DNA of 51,830 nt from Verrucomicrobiota bacterium (GTDB lineage Bacteria; Verrucomicrobiota; Lentisphaeria; UBA2565; JAYEIY01): NCBI GenBank assembly GCA_034660375.1, contig JAYEIY010000300.1:1-51830 (forward strand), given 5' to 3'. The position numbers and the translations under genes were made by a program. Positions 45,001 to 47,294 of the stretch are shown here, in pieces. The stretch's first letter is position 1; every line of letters starts with the position of its first letter. The notes below the pieces were generated by a model. It was not told the DNA's origin and ran no database searches. It saw nothing but the letters and a program-made list of their open reading frames with translations.

Positions 45001-46345
45001 AAATGAAGATATAGTCCTTAACGATTGGACATTTGATGATCCAGATGAAAGTGATGAACTAAACGAAGATACCGAAAAAATGATTGTAAAATGGTATAAA
45101 TTGGGAACAAGGGGTGATTTTACGGAAGTTTCTGGAGAAAATACCCTTACTCTCGCAGCATCTAACTTCGTTCCAGGTGACCAGATATACGTAAAACTCT
45201 GGCCCTCAGACGGAGAAACTCCTGATCCAGAAAATACCTCAACGGGTGTTTCAGCAACTATTACGCTCGCAAATTATCTAGACTCTGTAACTGTAGGTCC
45301 AACAGGAGCAAAAACTGGAGACAATCTGAGTTATGGAAAAACCTGGCATAATTCGCAGATCGCTGCAACCGAATATGATATAAATTGGGAAAAAGATGGA
45401 GTATCACAACCTTCTAGCGAAACAATTCTTAACGCAGATACAAATAGAGGTGAAATTTGGACAGCCGAATTAACAGCAAAAATATCTGATACCAGAAGTG
45501 GTTATAGATATGCAAGCCCTGTATCTGCAGATATTACTATTCAGGATACTGCTCCGCCAGCTCCTACAGCAGCTGCATTCGATGAAATAACTCCATCCGT
45601 TGCACAGAATATTAATCTCCAAAATGTAGTTGTAGGAACTGATGTAGACGGAGATGTAATAACAAAAGAATACCAGTGGACAAACAGTGTAGACCAAGAT
45701 GGTAATCCCAATTGGATAGCTAGAAGTCTCGTTTCTGGAATACAACTCCCTCAGGGACAAATTGGGTCGCAAGATGATTGGTATGCACGTGTAAGAAGTA
45801 CTACTCCAAATGCTCCCGTAGGACTTGGAAATGATGCCGTATCAGACTGGTATAATCTGGCCTATCCAGTTCGCTTTGGAGAACGGCTGAATGTAGAAAA
45901 AGGATGGAATCTTGTAAATGTTCCATATAACGAAGTAACCAAAACAGAGACATTCTTTACAGATGATTTTGATTCCGAGATTCTAACAGGAAAGCAATGG
46001 TACTGGAATGCATCTATACAGGAATACGAGGTATATAACTCCGATGACCTAGTAACACCTCAAAAAGGAATATGGCTCTACTCCAAAAACACAGATGCGA
46101 AAAAACTCAGACCTCTACGCGGGAATAACTCTGGAGACGGAGCAGTGATTCTGTATCCGGGATGGAATCTAATTGGTTCTCTTGTAGACTGTAATCCTCC
46201 AGTAGAAGCCTTCGGCAATATATGGTATTGGGAACCAACCGAATTTATCTATAAAGCTGTACAAAACGGTGAGCAACTACAAAAAATGAAAGGATATTGG
46301 ATGTTCTATAATGGAGAGGATGAACCAACTATTAACCTCAAGTAA
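21038..46345 (+). CDS. Giant (8,435 aa) secreted/surface multi-domain protein: PPC x2, ~24 CARDB-like modules with nested jelly-roll inserts, then a mosaic C-terminal third
   Basis: Uninterrupted ORF with a Sec-type signal MIRFKKRSIGLTILLCMLLVCLSSLFA|ED. PPC-like domains (GDVDFFSV...YYIKVYG; GDEDYFKF...YVFKVYG). CARDB-like modules run from 22661 to ~36890 (YPDLIVSSISI...TVTNQG...EGNNT and others). The C-terminal third contains a PPC-like domain, a TIG-like domain, a CarboxypepD_reg-like domain, propeller-like W-rich repeats, Cys-rich repeats, a poly-Asp run, DUF11-like and FN3 domains, TSP3-like DxDxDG motifs, a TIM-barrel glycosidase-like domain, VCBS/cadherin-like modules (VNDPP) and a GWNL-motif C-terminal domain. 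Confidence 0.9.
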   Translation: MIRFKKRSIGLTILLCMLLVCLSSLFAEDPDWSDSHDGGNVGSITLDGDGAGSVSGTIDSYGGENNGGDVDFFSVAFLAETSYILKNSVWGSAFRIYDTDGTTSIKSSSDDTSFSTASGGTYYIKVYGGWDCGKGDYTIDISKNVEDDHGNTFATVKTADIITESGIRSGSLEVNGDEDYFKFSGSNGNYYKYKISSNVSASLYSSSGSYITGGYEKIFQYSTARDGEYVFKVYGWGTQDYNIKFSAVQSSSFPDAQVSSVAVNAIEKGRGDVTVDPGEQFKTVSIFTNNTNDWPFEIDSSLNIKTQLVPTGAGNTTNLGTYYFNGRYSGYASDYTYSSWYNIWQSSIKSGYYKLFISFKRNSSSDEVDHRFYLDNIKVQNQAQDTDLWTENFEHGGGWTGRDNTWYYLAADTGADKDAVIQSVKVNEGTYAAAGPETIAVGENVIMYRYINIIEDDAVLTADYWVDGESSNNFDVYLIRVFNDQYPITITNDITVPEGTPAGTYNVELTVDSNSEVFESEETNNTFTTISGNQVTVNAKSYPDLIVSSISIATARSLDVTEEDEITVSWTVTNQGDVATTVISSEGNWDDKIYITDDPNAECNLQYITTVNYSNADLDPTTRGTSYTVNETITLPENAVGTQYIVVKTDTGGDVIEGSNEGNNTEIASTPLEITAKDRPNLVVIDMSLDKSSYELGGEATLTYTIKNEGTADSSKLFNDRIFLSQDNTFGSDVYLGENEYDTYAHGGSKVFTIESIGTYSWAGIETTKTVPAEGGTISFSYIADTIEYGNRLYFYIYDSEENEVHSASWTYDTDWDQYSYTLTKGTYTFKWRYYHSNYSNSGVAYLDDISFPDGSTEDFEGVRSTTWTQVAGDNASWEILDLGNAPAPLVPGDSFVKTYTVTIPADIAYVDTNWIALEIDNDGDINEGVFGGEDDNEIVGTGTTGNFGTSLELTIPDHPDLVVSNIQLRSGATSVSWDEQVTLQWTVTNNGDEPAIPSLGYYNYNSIFDYLYLLENADGESDMTTSNSVVTYQIGYDDYHYGTSESFYSDTLSDLSPGQHIITWIFRRNSSGSAGTNSAWIDKFSYLDAGGSTVTEEFTTGIPDSGWTTFGDVNWIADATTGYSDSHSLTAIGLDHDQYAGISTTITTGNDGSGSSDITYRYKTSTENSDRLYVFIDGILLPGESVTRLAKITVPQQTSSPKDMKFAVWTDANYDRINEYDDNDNNKTIATSTVSVNQPDYPDLQVMNVQLENAATSVTWDEQVVLQWTVTNNGDEPAIPKYTTQYNTPHDYLYLLNSDATTTNMTTSNEEANYYYGYDDSHSGESGGWVSNRLYNLLPGNHIITWIFKKDFSLSGGDDAVWIDNFTYLASDNSTTVVEKFTDGIPASGWTLFGNVDWASDATIGYDDIYCLKAVGLADNQYAGMSVEITTGDDGTGSCDVDYYYKTSTESNDRLYVFVDGVLLPGQSVQREKTVTIAHQDSDTATMKFGVWTDATNNIFTEDNDDNNKTFASTTVTVNKPDYPDLIVTNIEIEGNPTSVAWGQSITANWTIKNQGLAPAILKWDGNSYNLTCDYLYFLEEDDEIADMNSTVTSQNFGYYNYYSGTAETFYQQNVTGIKQGEHTFTWIYRKNSSGYDGQDTVWIDNLSYTASDDSTATEDFTTGVPSSPADTWWNFGDTQWIADSANGQGEEDNNSIKATGLDDNKYAAVSFKTTIGNAGSGTGNLSFYYMTSTESYDRLYFFIDGIIYPGESLIRSKTFTVPQQDTDNKTMKLGVYTDGDSWQNIVEEDEDNNKFIGSTFTAIIPDHADLVATINSVTRNTRGDFYWGDEVTVNYTITNNGDYPTGVHWEDDLYLSEDQIEGSDTYLTEKTFNYTTRHYYETQDTWSQKSIDVTAGEHRFTWAFKNTGVQSYNDDDVWLDFIQFPGGDNESFEDVSDGFDLTGWITAGNIGWAQDGTQASSVDGGSKSLKSGAIGYNEFSVVSITKTVDAGTLTYYTRFSCENYDYLYFFIDGMLCPGQSYTTEQTFTMPTLDTNLKNMYVMLKTNKDDDFNEYDDTANNLVFSDVMTVNSTPAPDLVVSEIQFSQNGAPVEGEYFWGKSLDVTYKITNQGSEDLIGVWNDKFDLYQNGTHKDHLGEKSTTSRYGSWSSNASWAQQIYTIPAGKRQLRWKFYRGPNSTGDNHLAYIDDVSIVVGYQIYNDTDDNEITSGSDSSWTAPENVAGSQTGLYYYDADNNDTYTTGEDVWYGHSYNRGDSNEVIYDGGDGWTTFSQSGIQTGLYYYDVDASGTYTVGEDIWAEGDDDGHYTDGVDTKVYDGGDGWVADDVDGRNDLYYRDADSNNAYTVGEDIWNGYYSFSSKKVYDGGDGWTVSGQSGKQTDLFYYDADGNSTYSEGEDIWVDAPIITEDFESVTSPALPGAIADAFGAWTSNTTNGNDDVWVTVGSEESPDGHDSNIAAQIGANIGTDQAAELVTDVDFAKSTRIKFWRKMVIDNSDDNLYFNVYDKLAQGEFVWREYTTNTIDNYFDGTYQLRVTTDCDDTIEEYDKEDNNDLETNITLRAPNLADLTVTSLVSYDANAYTGEDFTFTYTLNNLGGIAATSTIYDKYFFVNVSTNTSYPVSSSANNNYKSISDDIAGESSLQVTATLEVGNIPEGEYYLRIYTDTGNYNNDPESYLLGGQYYSGGYIVESCDDKYIDPNYAVQTNNNIFNTDDTQKINVTFHTSDLITTNISVPEDAAWGTTVQVSYTMLNAGPSSTPAGIANIPANVPFYNKAWFSEDGVNWGSYTTTTVSEESAGEGDYTAASGGISHSQSSGIEISKTVPAEGGTISFKYRTSSESGYDYLRFYVINDSQETIHSQAWAGNGSWTTYSYNVVDPGTYTFRWRYTKDGSVNSYNDTVYLDDISFPDGSAETFETGTFSGSWTQVAGSNADWTIEQYIFPLPVDQTAIRTMGVAIPSNATEGYIKIELDYNNNAGEFNQARDNNITTSELLTFTIPDAPDMVTEVNEEHPISLPTIITPYTNFNYSWFTLNQKPGNASTSTENTSTWYDYFYLSSDNTFNSTTDLNVFSDGHSIDLAVDAYNEASGTASLSSNIPAPGTYYMFIRSDATSVKMEKNDEDYGTDNNTYQAETTVEVKCIDLEPYNLVVPSQVANEAVSLSWSVQNNGNGDLPSGKSVYQKVYLYSSENLQEGLAEVWGGAYYSSGCATGQTFTQTVDLSLPDIDQGLYYVFVKADADSVVTEYDSSTALSAEDNNVYRRLGQIEITVPDLIVKSISLPETMTIGAETSITVTVQNQNSGSADPNWYDTIYLQKIDLTSGAMLSVTTYTHTEAIAPGAEKTYTATFTVPSSFTRGQYRVKVKVDGSENVNEVIEDNNELIYPTAINDSNQITMNACDLLPTSITVADAVMEGNYLNVQWSVENNGEGITPKSWYNLIYISDVNIAGGASWSTMTSDPQTKTYGYTSSLETGLANGENSTFNQDCYIYNQDYTDNKIYVYVYVDSNNQIYEYYAGRTSGEENNTLQKTTAVELGYFDLTLVPVGDATATVTIPSTGSYKTDQQDVEISWIVKNEGNVTTSATWYDKIYLSINKNESTSGDTYLGQFTRPNNLESNGTYTQIVNVDMPTWDSAWEGQTFYLKVFTDSTNYIAENNTTPDDEQDNFAVYTLNLTKELAADLQVSAVSAPVNPNGGEQITVDYTLLNDGELDVTGTWYDTIQLIDSGNSVVTTLGTFQHYTVNKTEGATTGWESISVPVSAGRHTIAFVYYRTESYSGGDNKAGLDNITLPLSGGNQSYDFGGGVIAPFISSQTDGLNDDWTVVSDAATTPSLNVGDSVILTYTGDFVDGNILFDANIDAHYLAFYEDYKLPAGESRDFSKTVSLPATLSGTDYEIRVKADYHSSYSYNNRVSEPGYEDNNELDSTVFDIAPAPYPDLKFIGDITRTSPTDDADVMTGELVAVSWTVENDNTTYTGTDITADWYDKVYLSTDNTLDTGSDQLVATVRRYDTLADDANYTASATFRLANGSGSTKYIFVVTDSNGEVFEGSTDPTTNTNGPLTLIINGSPYPDLVPVAGGITSPDTIDNNSEMTLYWKVENAGNGNLTGEWYDYIYLSTDQIIDSGDTYLGRKKHTISNFPYTSSAESYTDSNSNGQYDEGESFTDSNGNGVWDDDVPTSFYTKFLEIEIPREVSGQFYFILQTDKDADIFESNGGGTAETNNILAKGIEITVAPSPNLIVSSATIEDIGTRDDITKYHLDVEWTIKNNGNGSTGTAQWYDDIYLCTTDNQYGTKTKMTRVGNQAYLVPGETYTQTTEIVIPWEFSEGDYYVLIYTDAKDQVYEYQGEADNWGSGTTAGGDPVHIEMRIQPLPYLSILSSYNGEGHETNPDARVPAPTSEGPNEHDIILEKEIFAPGEKIRAKWTSRNTGNANTYKGRWDDAAALSKDPYYNRSEDIWLGSHKYHSSGALPPYRVGRQTNDDGQHRFTEFETLEAPIPTNIEHGEYYLLFISDTHGFATTGGSGDFLNRATRGNVGVYRNKITIEETVPADLAVEASTIVPAKVAYKTGDTMSFSYRVENVGYASTRSRSWRDYFYLSTDNNDTDSTGDRRIGSGSYRGSLSIIPNPETANDDWFYTKTISYTFPIDMVSQETTYYLKVNVGNGENEGYGGSDHKDNNRKASIVSFTVTPADASDLTPIALSVTTAADIEEVDCTVAPPTEFEGKIYKLDNIVGSIHSDWDGIEKGSITRFDGTSWQTNSGMTEMQPVKVTWIVENKSNAAATTNKGVWTDVIYYYENDNSLNLHSFEQIRYTGGALLSGENYSCSYTGNLPENIAESVHFVIKTDTNAKVYESDKMNNSYVGTEVITNAIMRTDLKLDSHSVQTGSPFASGASLTYTYIVANPTNYDTWPSEKNWTDRIYISQDSTMNSGKRKVAEYDRNTGLAAGESYTVTKTIDLGIDMSGTYYLAVEVDDNSNVTELNEISNNDNYDSPDSFNVTLTGTSDLTVTSIDLTTTDPLIPFEARGDRTGVLSGTRISGLKYTVQNSGGEATGTKSWTDYIYISRDTFLDNSDKRVTYANQTRNLASSESYTQTDVSFTIPRGYGGDLFIIVKTDASGKVYERGSENNNDLCVGSNDYFTSIVPLQGNPETPATNYDLQVYDVVVTDPNRTALPIQPGQNIEVSWKVKNTGTGNIQSNSWTDGIYLSSDNVWDIDDQYVGSKIHNVSNLNSFDSETGTPYSTKSVTLPIPAVDEGEYFVIVRADIRQNLIEANEDNNATASAIDNKIDTAVPFLDDDPDDGENTVLETEGEVTDDIVAEGEYYYRVDVEGGKDLLVELTCTDSASFTELFVSYDSMPDPVHSDFYFSNHFRPNQKIVIPGTQSGSYFILVRGDYVPNPPADFTLKVKYLVFETDTIEPSFGGNNGRVTITLNGAKYTNETQVYLTHDNDTPGDTGDDIQVQAEEVFFKSPTKIFATFNLKGQTKTSPSDGEGGFVKDWNIMTTDPQEAEYRGRAVGDTLEDCFSLKTGLGGNLSHHLIAPSMVRPTGEYFAWIEYGNNGDQDIEAPLFYFRAAVKAGVKVRLTQNTPWKEDFIEILGINQNGPADRLPPGSAFAIPISFQIPESGTRQLQITVLNKDTQQIDYEKLAENLSNRNVTEADFTDMMDYLKSHYGTTFADFATALNNDVLRLWKQDDESFDVRDLLSFAINRGYENAISTVSGFVRNKDTRSVLAGVKMIIMDDDDNIYSDTTSAIGEFRIESVPPGTYNLYPEGYMLDPAISVVIDYDTDATGIVALAVATLEDEAIEDITTSQKSSDSKPSISQSPSGDTHILWTRAGELWHSVWDGVNNNWTDLDDDGTDLEGYKITYKNTQGESIEVEGSNPQLIPFPNADKNAAEEDKDGIAVMYKYKKSELGNIVGKTQNKYKYKYILGQPIYEGENKTGQYEWSEPGDLTNSNYGDSFATVQKDPDEDKILTLTLRRDWNIDDDDDVYFLSTAVTPTYNTRSLRGTDWELRLDIYDATHDLMRGCRGCPETNDNTVEVGQKAYEKEGHFTIPSWVPVIKGKWGFEVEGGYALELQQCFVTAKGSIDAAILASERLKFTGKAKLGAYWAVENDKKKTEEPCEWQFKKAQLTLGIGGEGKLPGYVIELLGGAAKLDLGIKVSSEISIGFTWKAANFPAMPTAGDLTLTIGLGPYGEAGLLWDLIEASIEGTGSIETSYNLSKGLKLEKFAIEVSASGSCCWKSASISKSWEWPSDRRGAGRTKTVTNNKITITETRSNGGVFESETMIYKKRVLIGRDSVYDGDGVVLIDGASTSNRVADIDPDSAANSDNSEILAVWSEHSGNLMTDCGHSLKLISYNNTEGLWDAQSDLAGPSHYNYSSKIVFDSNDDPWVFWARATTEGININRPLQEIINAENNTDIYYAKRTSRGNWSEPTLLTSMEGMDIKPNVAAGPSGTLTVTWENHPDEDSTEKDKIYAMIYDGSDWNTPEAISVFSRADEKPLATNASVAYNGTTPIVAWAHNYSEETNEGGVDGTASFYRIASVFHDGTNWTSPEFFHQTPPPTRYYIPTEEGESQRLSPEMAEGYEMYLTEQRSFERGFLSSIPVPDACCQKDCPKGQYKDDECVCKCPEGTTWDSEKKECLADDCPEGQHKNEAGECVANECPQGQHKNADGECVDNDNDDDDDDDDYGGDGGEDPPEPPGWEPSGGAKVTAGESADPNEKHGTPGVGDQNLISSDKLLSYTIMFENMPDAETNASIVIVTDELPAGLDMRRFRLGDFAFADTVIEGPENSPFFNQTMELDNGMNLRVSGTISPSTRIAKWEFRTIDPASGEIPVNPDNGFLPPNTYQTDDDGNFIYKTDDNDDFVYETDDEGNTVVDENGDPVKIKLKTGIGEGRVTFTIIPDTDNVVDGDLIENEAIIIFDSNEAIVTNKTRHTISSAATYLSEVTIENVVEPSGNDPRIDADMITVTWTLEDGSDALDLNPEGAGYDIYYSINGENFEPWILKTKETSEILDVTRGYTYSFYSVARDATGVEEARPNAADAIVRILHQTIDILGTVSYIGKNPGYTGNVVVQIFNEDKPSRGFAEGTQVGSDLTITTAGAYSATSLTGEERYYHVRAWVDNDGDGVVDADESYADTTNVDPVGQMSPITVNLTINDIDADSDSLPDWWEILYFSDLDETTYGDPDLDGVPNIVEYNNDTDPNDDTDKPEKIATTGTTSVKAGFLYDGDTEYNIRGVVYQPVATSADPGNASEYTNEVLDRDIEKLADLGVNTILTVDELPDTTLLELCENENIKVIVGYPIDNSADISLDATKTAILQDFTDYVTLLKDSSAVLMWSIGDGSRDSDDWYNLLSMMAWVVYDTEGAEYRPVTAIREFNTIAQDDTKAPGIDLWGIKYLGNENFTTARPSTTLFADYANLNADKPMWISSYGVDSFDSAADTGNGKDNEISQAETAVSLYRTILSNSAVAGTYNSSLDIKIAGTPDADSTGISANVSFKDSNDNGIYDIGEAAWADEVNSAANVYEDTYDVMLVSGSGIDSSYNTKTGTSLGIAYYDADIDNEYDNGEILWADRHIDEEFWRHTDGLVELTDPNDSDNYTVEIAESNVYNEGVDTLVIGASLPDKTVGRSADIAFYDADESAEWESGEPIWQDKVIGTNNVYDDGIDTLIVSDSLADADVGISTGIYLADDDEDEKYTDAEALWSKGVPKTLGSTYAEYLDQWWKKDTGTNDVQDIDDTEVDSEFFGLFKFDADEVTLLPKVVFYALRNEWSNSSAPVDLQTVVNINEGETAKFFLRTFGDNLTYTLVRDGRDGTSGGLYGDVTGWDSSGQQMLTYTTANTNPDFVGTDVIDYTVTDNRRSTTTYGAVIINVSGVNDPPEITNIFLTPGSEITEDNDILASYTFYDVDGDPDSSTVKWYKEDNRTWTEIVSGLNTLPSNETTRSQNWKVVVTPDDGELIGTAEENVFSIINRLPTASGLALVHNAYFANEDIVLNDWTFDDPDESDELNEDTEKMIVKWYKLGTRGDFTEVSGENTLTLAASNFVPGDQIYVKLWPSDGETPDPENTSTGVSATITLANYLDSVTVGPTGAKTGDNLSYGKTWHNSQIAATEYDINWEKDGVSQPSSETILNADTNRGEIWTAELTAKISDTRSGYRYASPVSADITIQDTAPPAPTAAAFDEITPSVAQNINLQNVVVGTDVDGDVITKEYQWTNSVDQDGNPNWIARSLVSGIQLPQGQIGSQDDWYARVRSTTPNAPVGLGNDAVSDWYNLAYPVRFGERLNVEKGWNLVNVPYNEVTKTETFFTDDFDSEILTGKQWYWNASIQEYEVYNSDDLVTPQKGIWLYSKNTDAKKLRPLRGNNSGDGAVILYPGWNLIGSLVDCNPPVEAFGNIWYWEPTEFIYKAVQNGEQLQKMKGYWMFYNGEDEPTINLK
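23906..28720 (+). repeat. Five tandem ~270-285-aa super-modules inside the giant ORF (unit starts 23906, 24755, 25601, 26456, 27260)
   Basis: Each unit opens P-D-[YH]-[PA]-D-L-x-V and WTVTNNGDEPA-like. It is interrupted by two jelly-roll-like domains (HIITWIFRRNSSGSAG..AWIDKFSY; GWTTFGDVNWIAD...SDRLYVFIDG). It then resumes LLPGESV...MKFAVWTDA...DDNDNNKT. Units 1 and 2 share 57/62 nt at 23969..24030 versus 24818..24879 (hand alignment). Confidence 0.8.
27712..28240 (+). repeat. Four ~50-aa repeats (LYYYDADxNxTYTxGEDIW...VYDGGDGW) nested inside super-module 5
   Basis: QTGLYYYDADNNDTYTTGEDVW..IYDGGDGW; QTGLYYYDVDASGTYTVGEDIW..VYDGGDGW; NDLYYRDADSNNAYTVGEDIW..VYDGGDGW; QTDLFYYDADGNSTYSEGEDIW. 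Confidence 0.8.
43507..44157 (+). repeat. Second, more divergent set of YYDAD/GExxW repeats near the C-terminus
   Basis: VSFKDSNDNGIYDIGEAAWADE; IAYYDADIDNEYDNGEILWADR; IAFYDADESAEWESGEPIWQDK; IYLADDDEDEKYTDAEALWSKG. Confidence 0.65.
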
Positions 46346-46379
46346 ATTATACTTTTATTATTGTGAATAAATAAAATTT

Positions 46380-46410
46380 ATGATTGGCAGGCGAGACACC
46401 TGCCAATCAT
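46380..46410. terminator. 12-bp stem hairpin 35 nt after the giant-gene stop (possible terminator; no downstream U-tract on the + strand)
   Basis: atgattggcagg-cgagaca-cctgccaatcat is a perfect inverted repeat. The flank is T-rich only when read on the minus strand (aaattttattt). Confidence 0.45.
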
Positions 46411-46426
46411 TATGTAGAGGAGAAAA

Positions 46427-46520
46427 GTATTCTTCTCAAATAAAGTTTAAAATCTCTGATTTTGACCTAGAAAGTCTGCATGAAAAGGTTTTTGCTTTTT
46501 AAAAAACTTTTCGTGGAGGA
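46427..46520. repeat. ~94-bp intergenic repeat, copy 2 (partner at 20727..20821)
   Basis: gtattcttctcaaataaagtttaaaatctctgattttgacctagaaagtctgcatgaaaaggtttttgctttttaaaaaacttttcgtggagga. Roughly four-fifths identical to copy 1 by hand alignment. Confidence 0.85.
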
Positions 46521-46568
46521 TTTAAGTACGAACTATTGGCATTTATTCTATTTGCTATGATCTTTTCT

Positions 46569-47049
46569 GACAATTAAAAGCTAGGCAAAGCCTTATTCCC
46601 TATCGGGAGCCTCAGCCCTTGCTTTGCAAGGTCGCTCTCTCCAGAACTCATCGGTTTGAAGTTGACGAACACGCAACTCAGATTCCCTTTTTTATCTTTA
46701 ATTTGCTAGAAAAACCTGAAAGTCGGATAAAGCGTACACTACACTATTTTTGCGAAAAAGTGTTCGCTTTATCCGACTTTCAGTCGACTACAAACTGTTT
46801 TATCTTTTTTCAGAGTATCTCTGTTTTGCAAGAGTCTCGTTTGTAGTCGCCCCGTTTTGCGGGGCGTTAGCATGATTAAAGTGTTCGCTTTATCCGACTT
46901 TCAGAAGAAAAAGGGAAAGTAGTTGCTCGACAATTCAAATGCCTTGCTCAAAACAAAATATACTCGCAACTTAGCTTCCCTATCGTGGATAAAAAAAGGG
47001 AATCTGAGTTACTCGATAACTTGGAGTTCTGGTGCTCTGCACAGCTTTT
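46569..47049. repeat. ~480-bp nested inverted/direct-repeat element (candidate structured RNA, foldback/MITE-like relic or invertible segment)
   Basis: Outer arms: aaaagct (46577) / agctttt (47043); ccagaactc (46641) / gagttctgg (47024); aactcagattcccttttttatc (46675..46696) / gataaaaaaagggaatctgagtt (46988..47010). Inner: ctgaaagtcggataaagcgtacac (46716..46739) pairs with gtgttcgctttatccgactttcag (46760..46783). A perfect second copy of that 24-mer lies at 46881..46904. Also cgactacaaac/gtttgtagtcg (46785/46839) and the GC hairpin cgccccgttttgcggggcg (46849..46866). Confidence 0.7.
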
Positions 47050-47294
47050 AATTTAACAAAAAATCTTGCAAAAAATCAAGACTCTTTAACTCAATGAGTT
47101 AATGGCTATTTTATCCCTTTAACCTCAAAAAAAAGTGTTTTTGAAGTTCAACTGCGTTATTTAGGATTAATCATTCGTACATTTGCCATTCCCGTTGCTC
47201 ATGTGAAATCAGCCTCATTGTAAGCAAAGTGTGGCTAAAAAAGCTCTTAGTGGACTTTCTAAACAACAAAGGTCTTCGCTTTCATCAAAATCGA

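Noticed and set aside
21038-46345. About 40 short ORFs from the track lying inside or antisense to the giant gene, for example 40598..41224 and the His-rich 40833..41147 on the minus strand.
   Set aside because: They are embedded in a much longer ORF with coherent domain structure. The His/Ile/Val-rich antisense products are just the complement or alternative frames of the GAT/GAC (poly-Asp) and Cys-repeat region. No independent start signals were seen.
7017-46345. The idea that the ABC/MFP/OMP operon is a type I secretion system for the giant protein (RTX or LapA-like).
   Set aside because: The ABC protein is MacB-type (N-terminal ATPase plus FtsX permease), not a T1SS exporter. The giant protein has an N-terminal Sec signal, no GGxGxD nonapeptide repeats and no C-terminal T1SS-like signal. 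This is kept only as a low-confidence co-occurrence question.
46619-46846. 75-aa plus-strand ORF in the convergent spacer.
   Set aside because: It spans hairpin and inverted-repeat sequence, has no RBS, and has no motif. It is more likely non-coding repeat sequence.
47064-47081. Small hairpin tcttg-caaaaaat-caaga in the spacer.
   Set aside because: It has only a 5-bp stem in AT-rich sequence, which is expected by chance.
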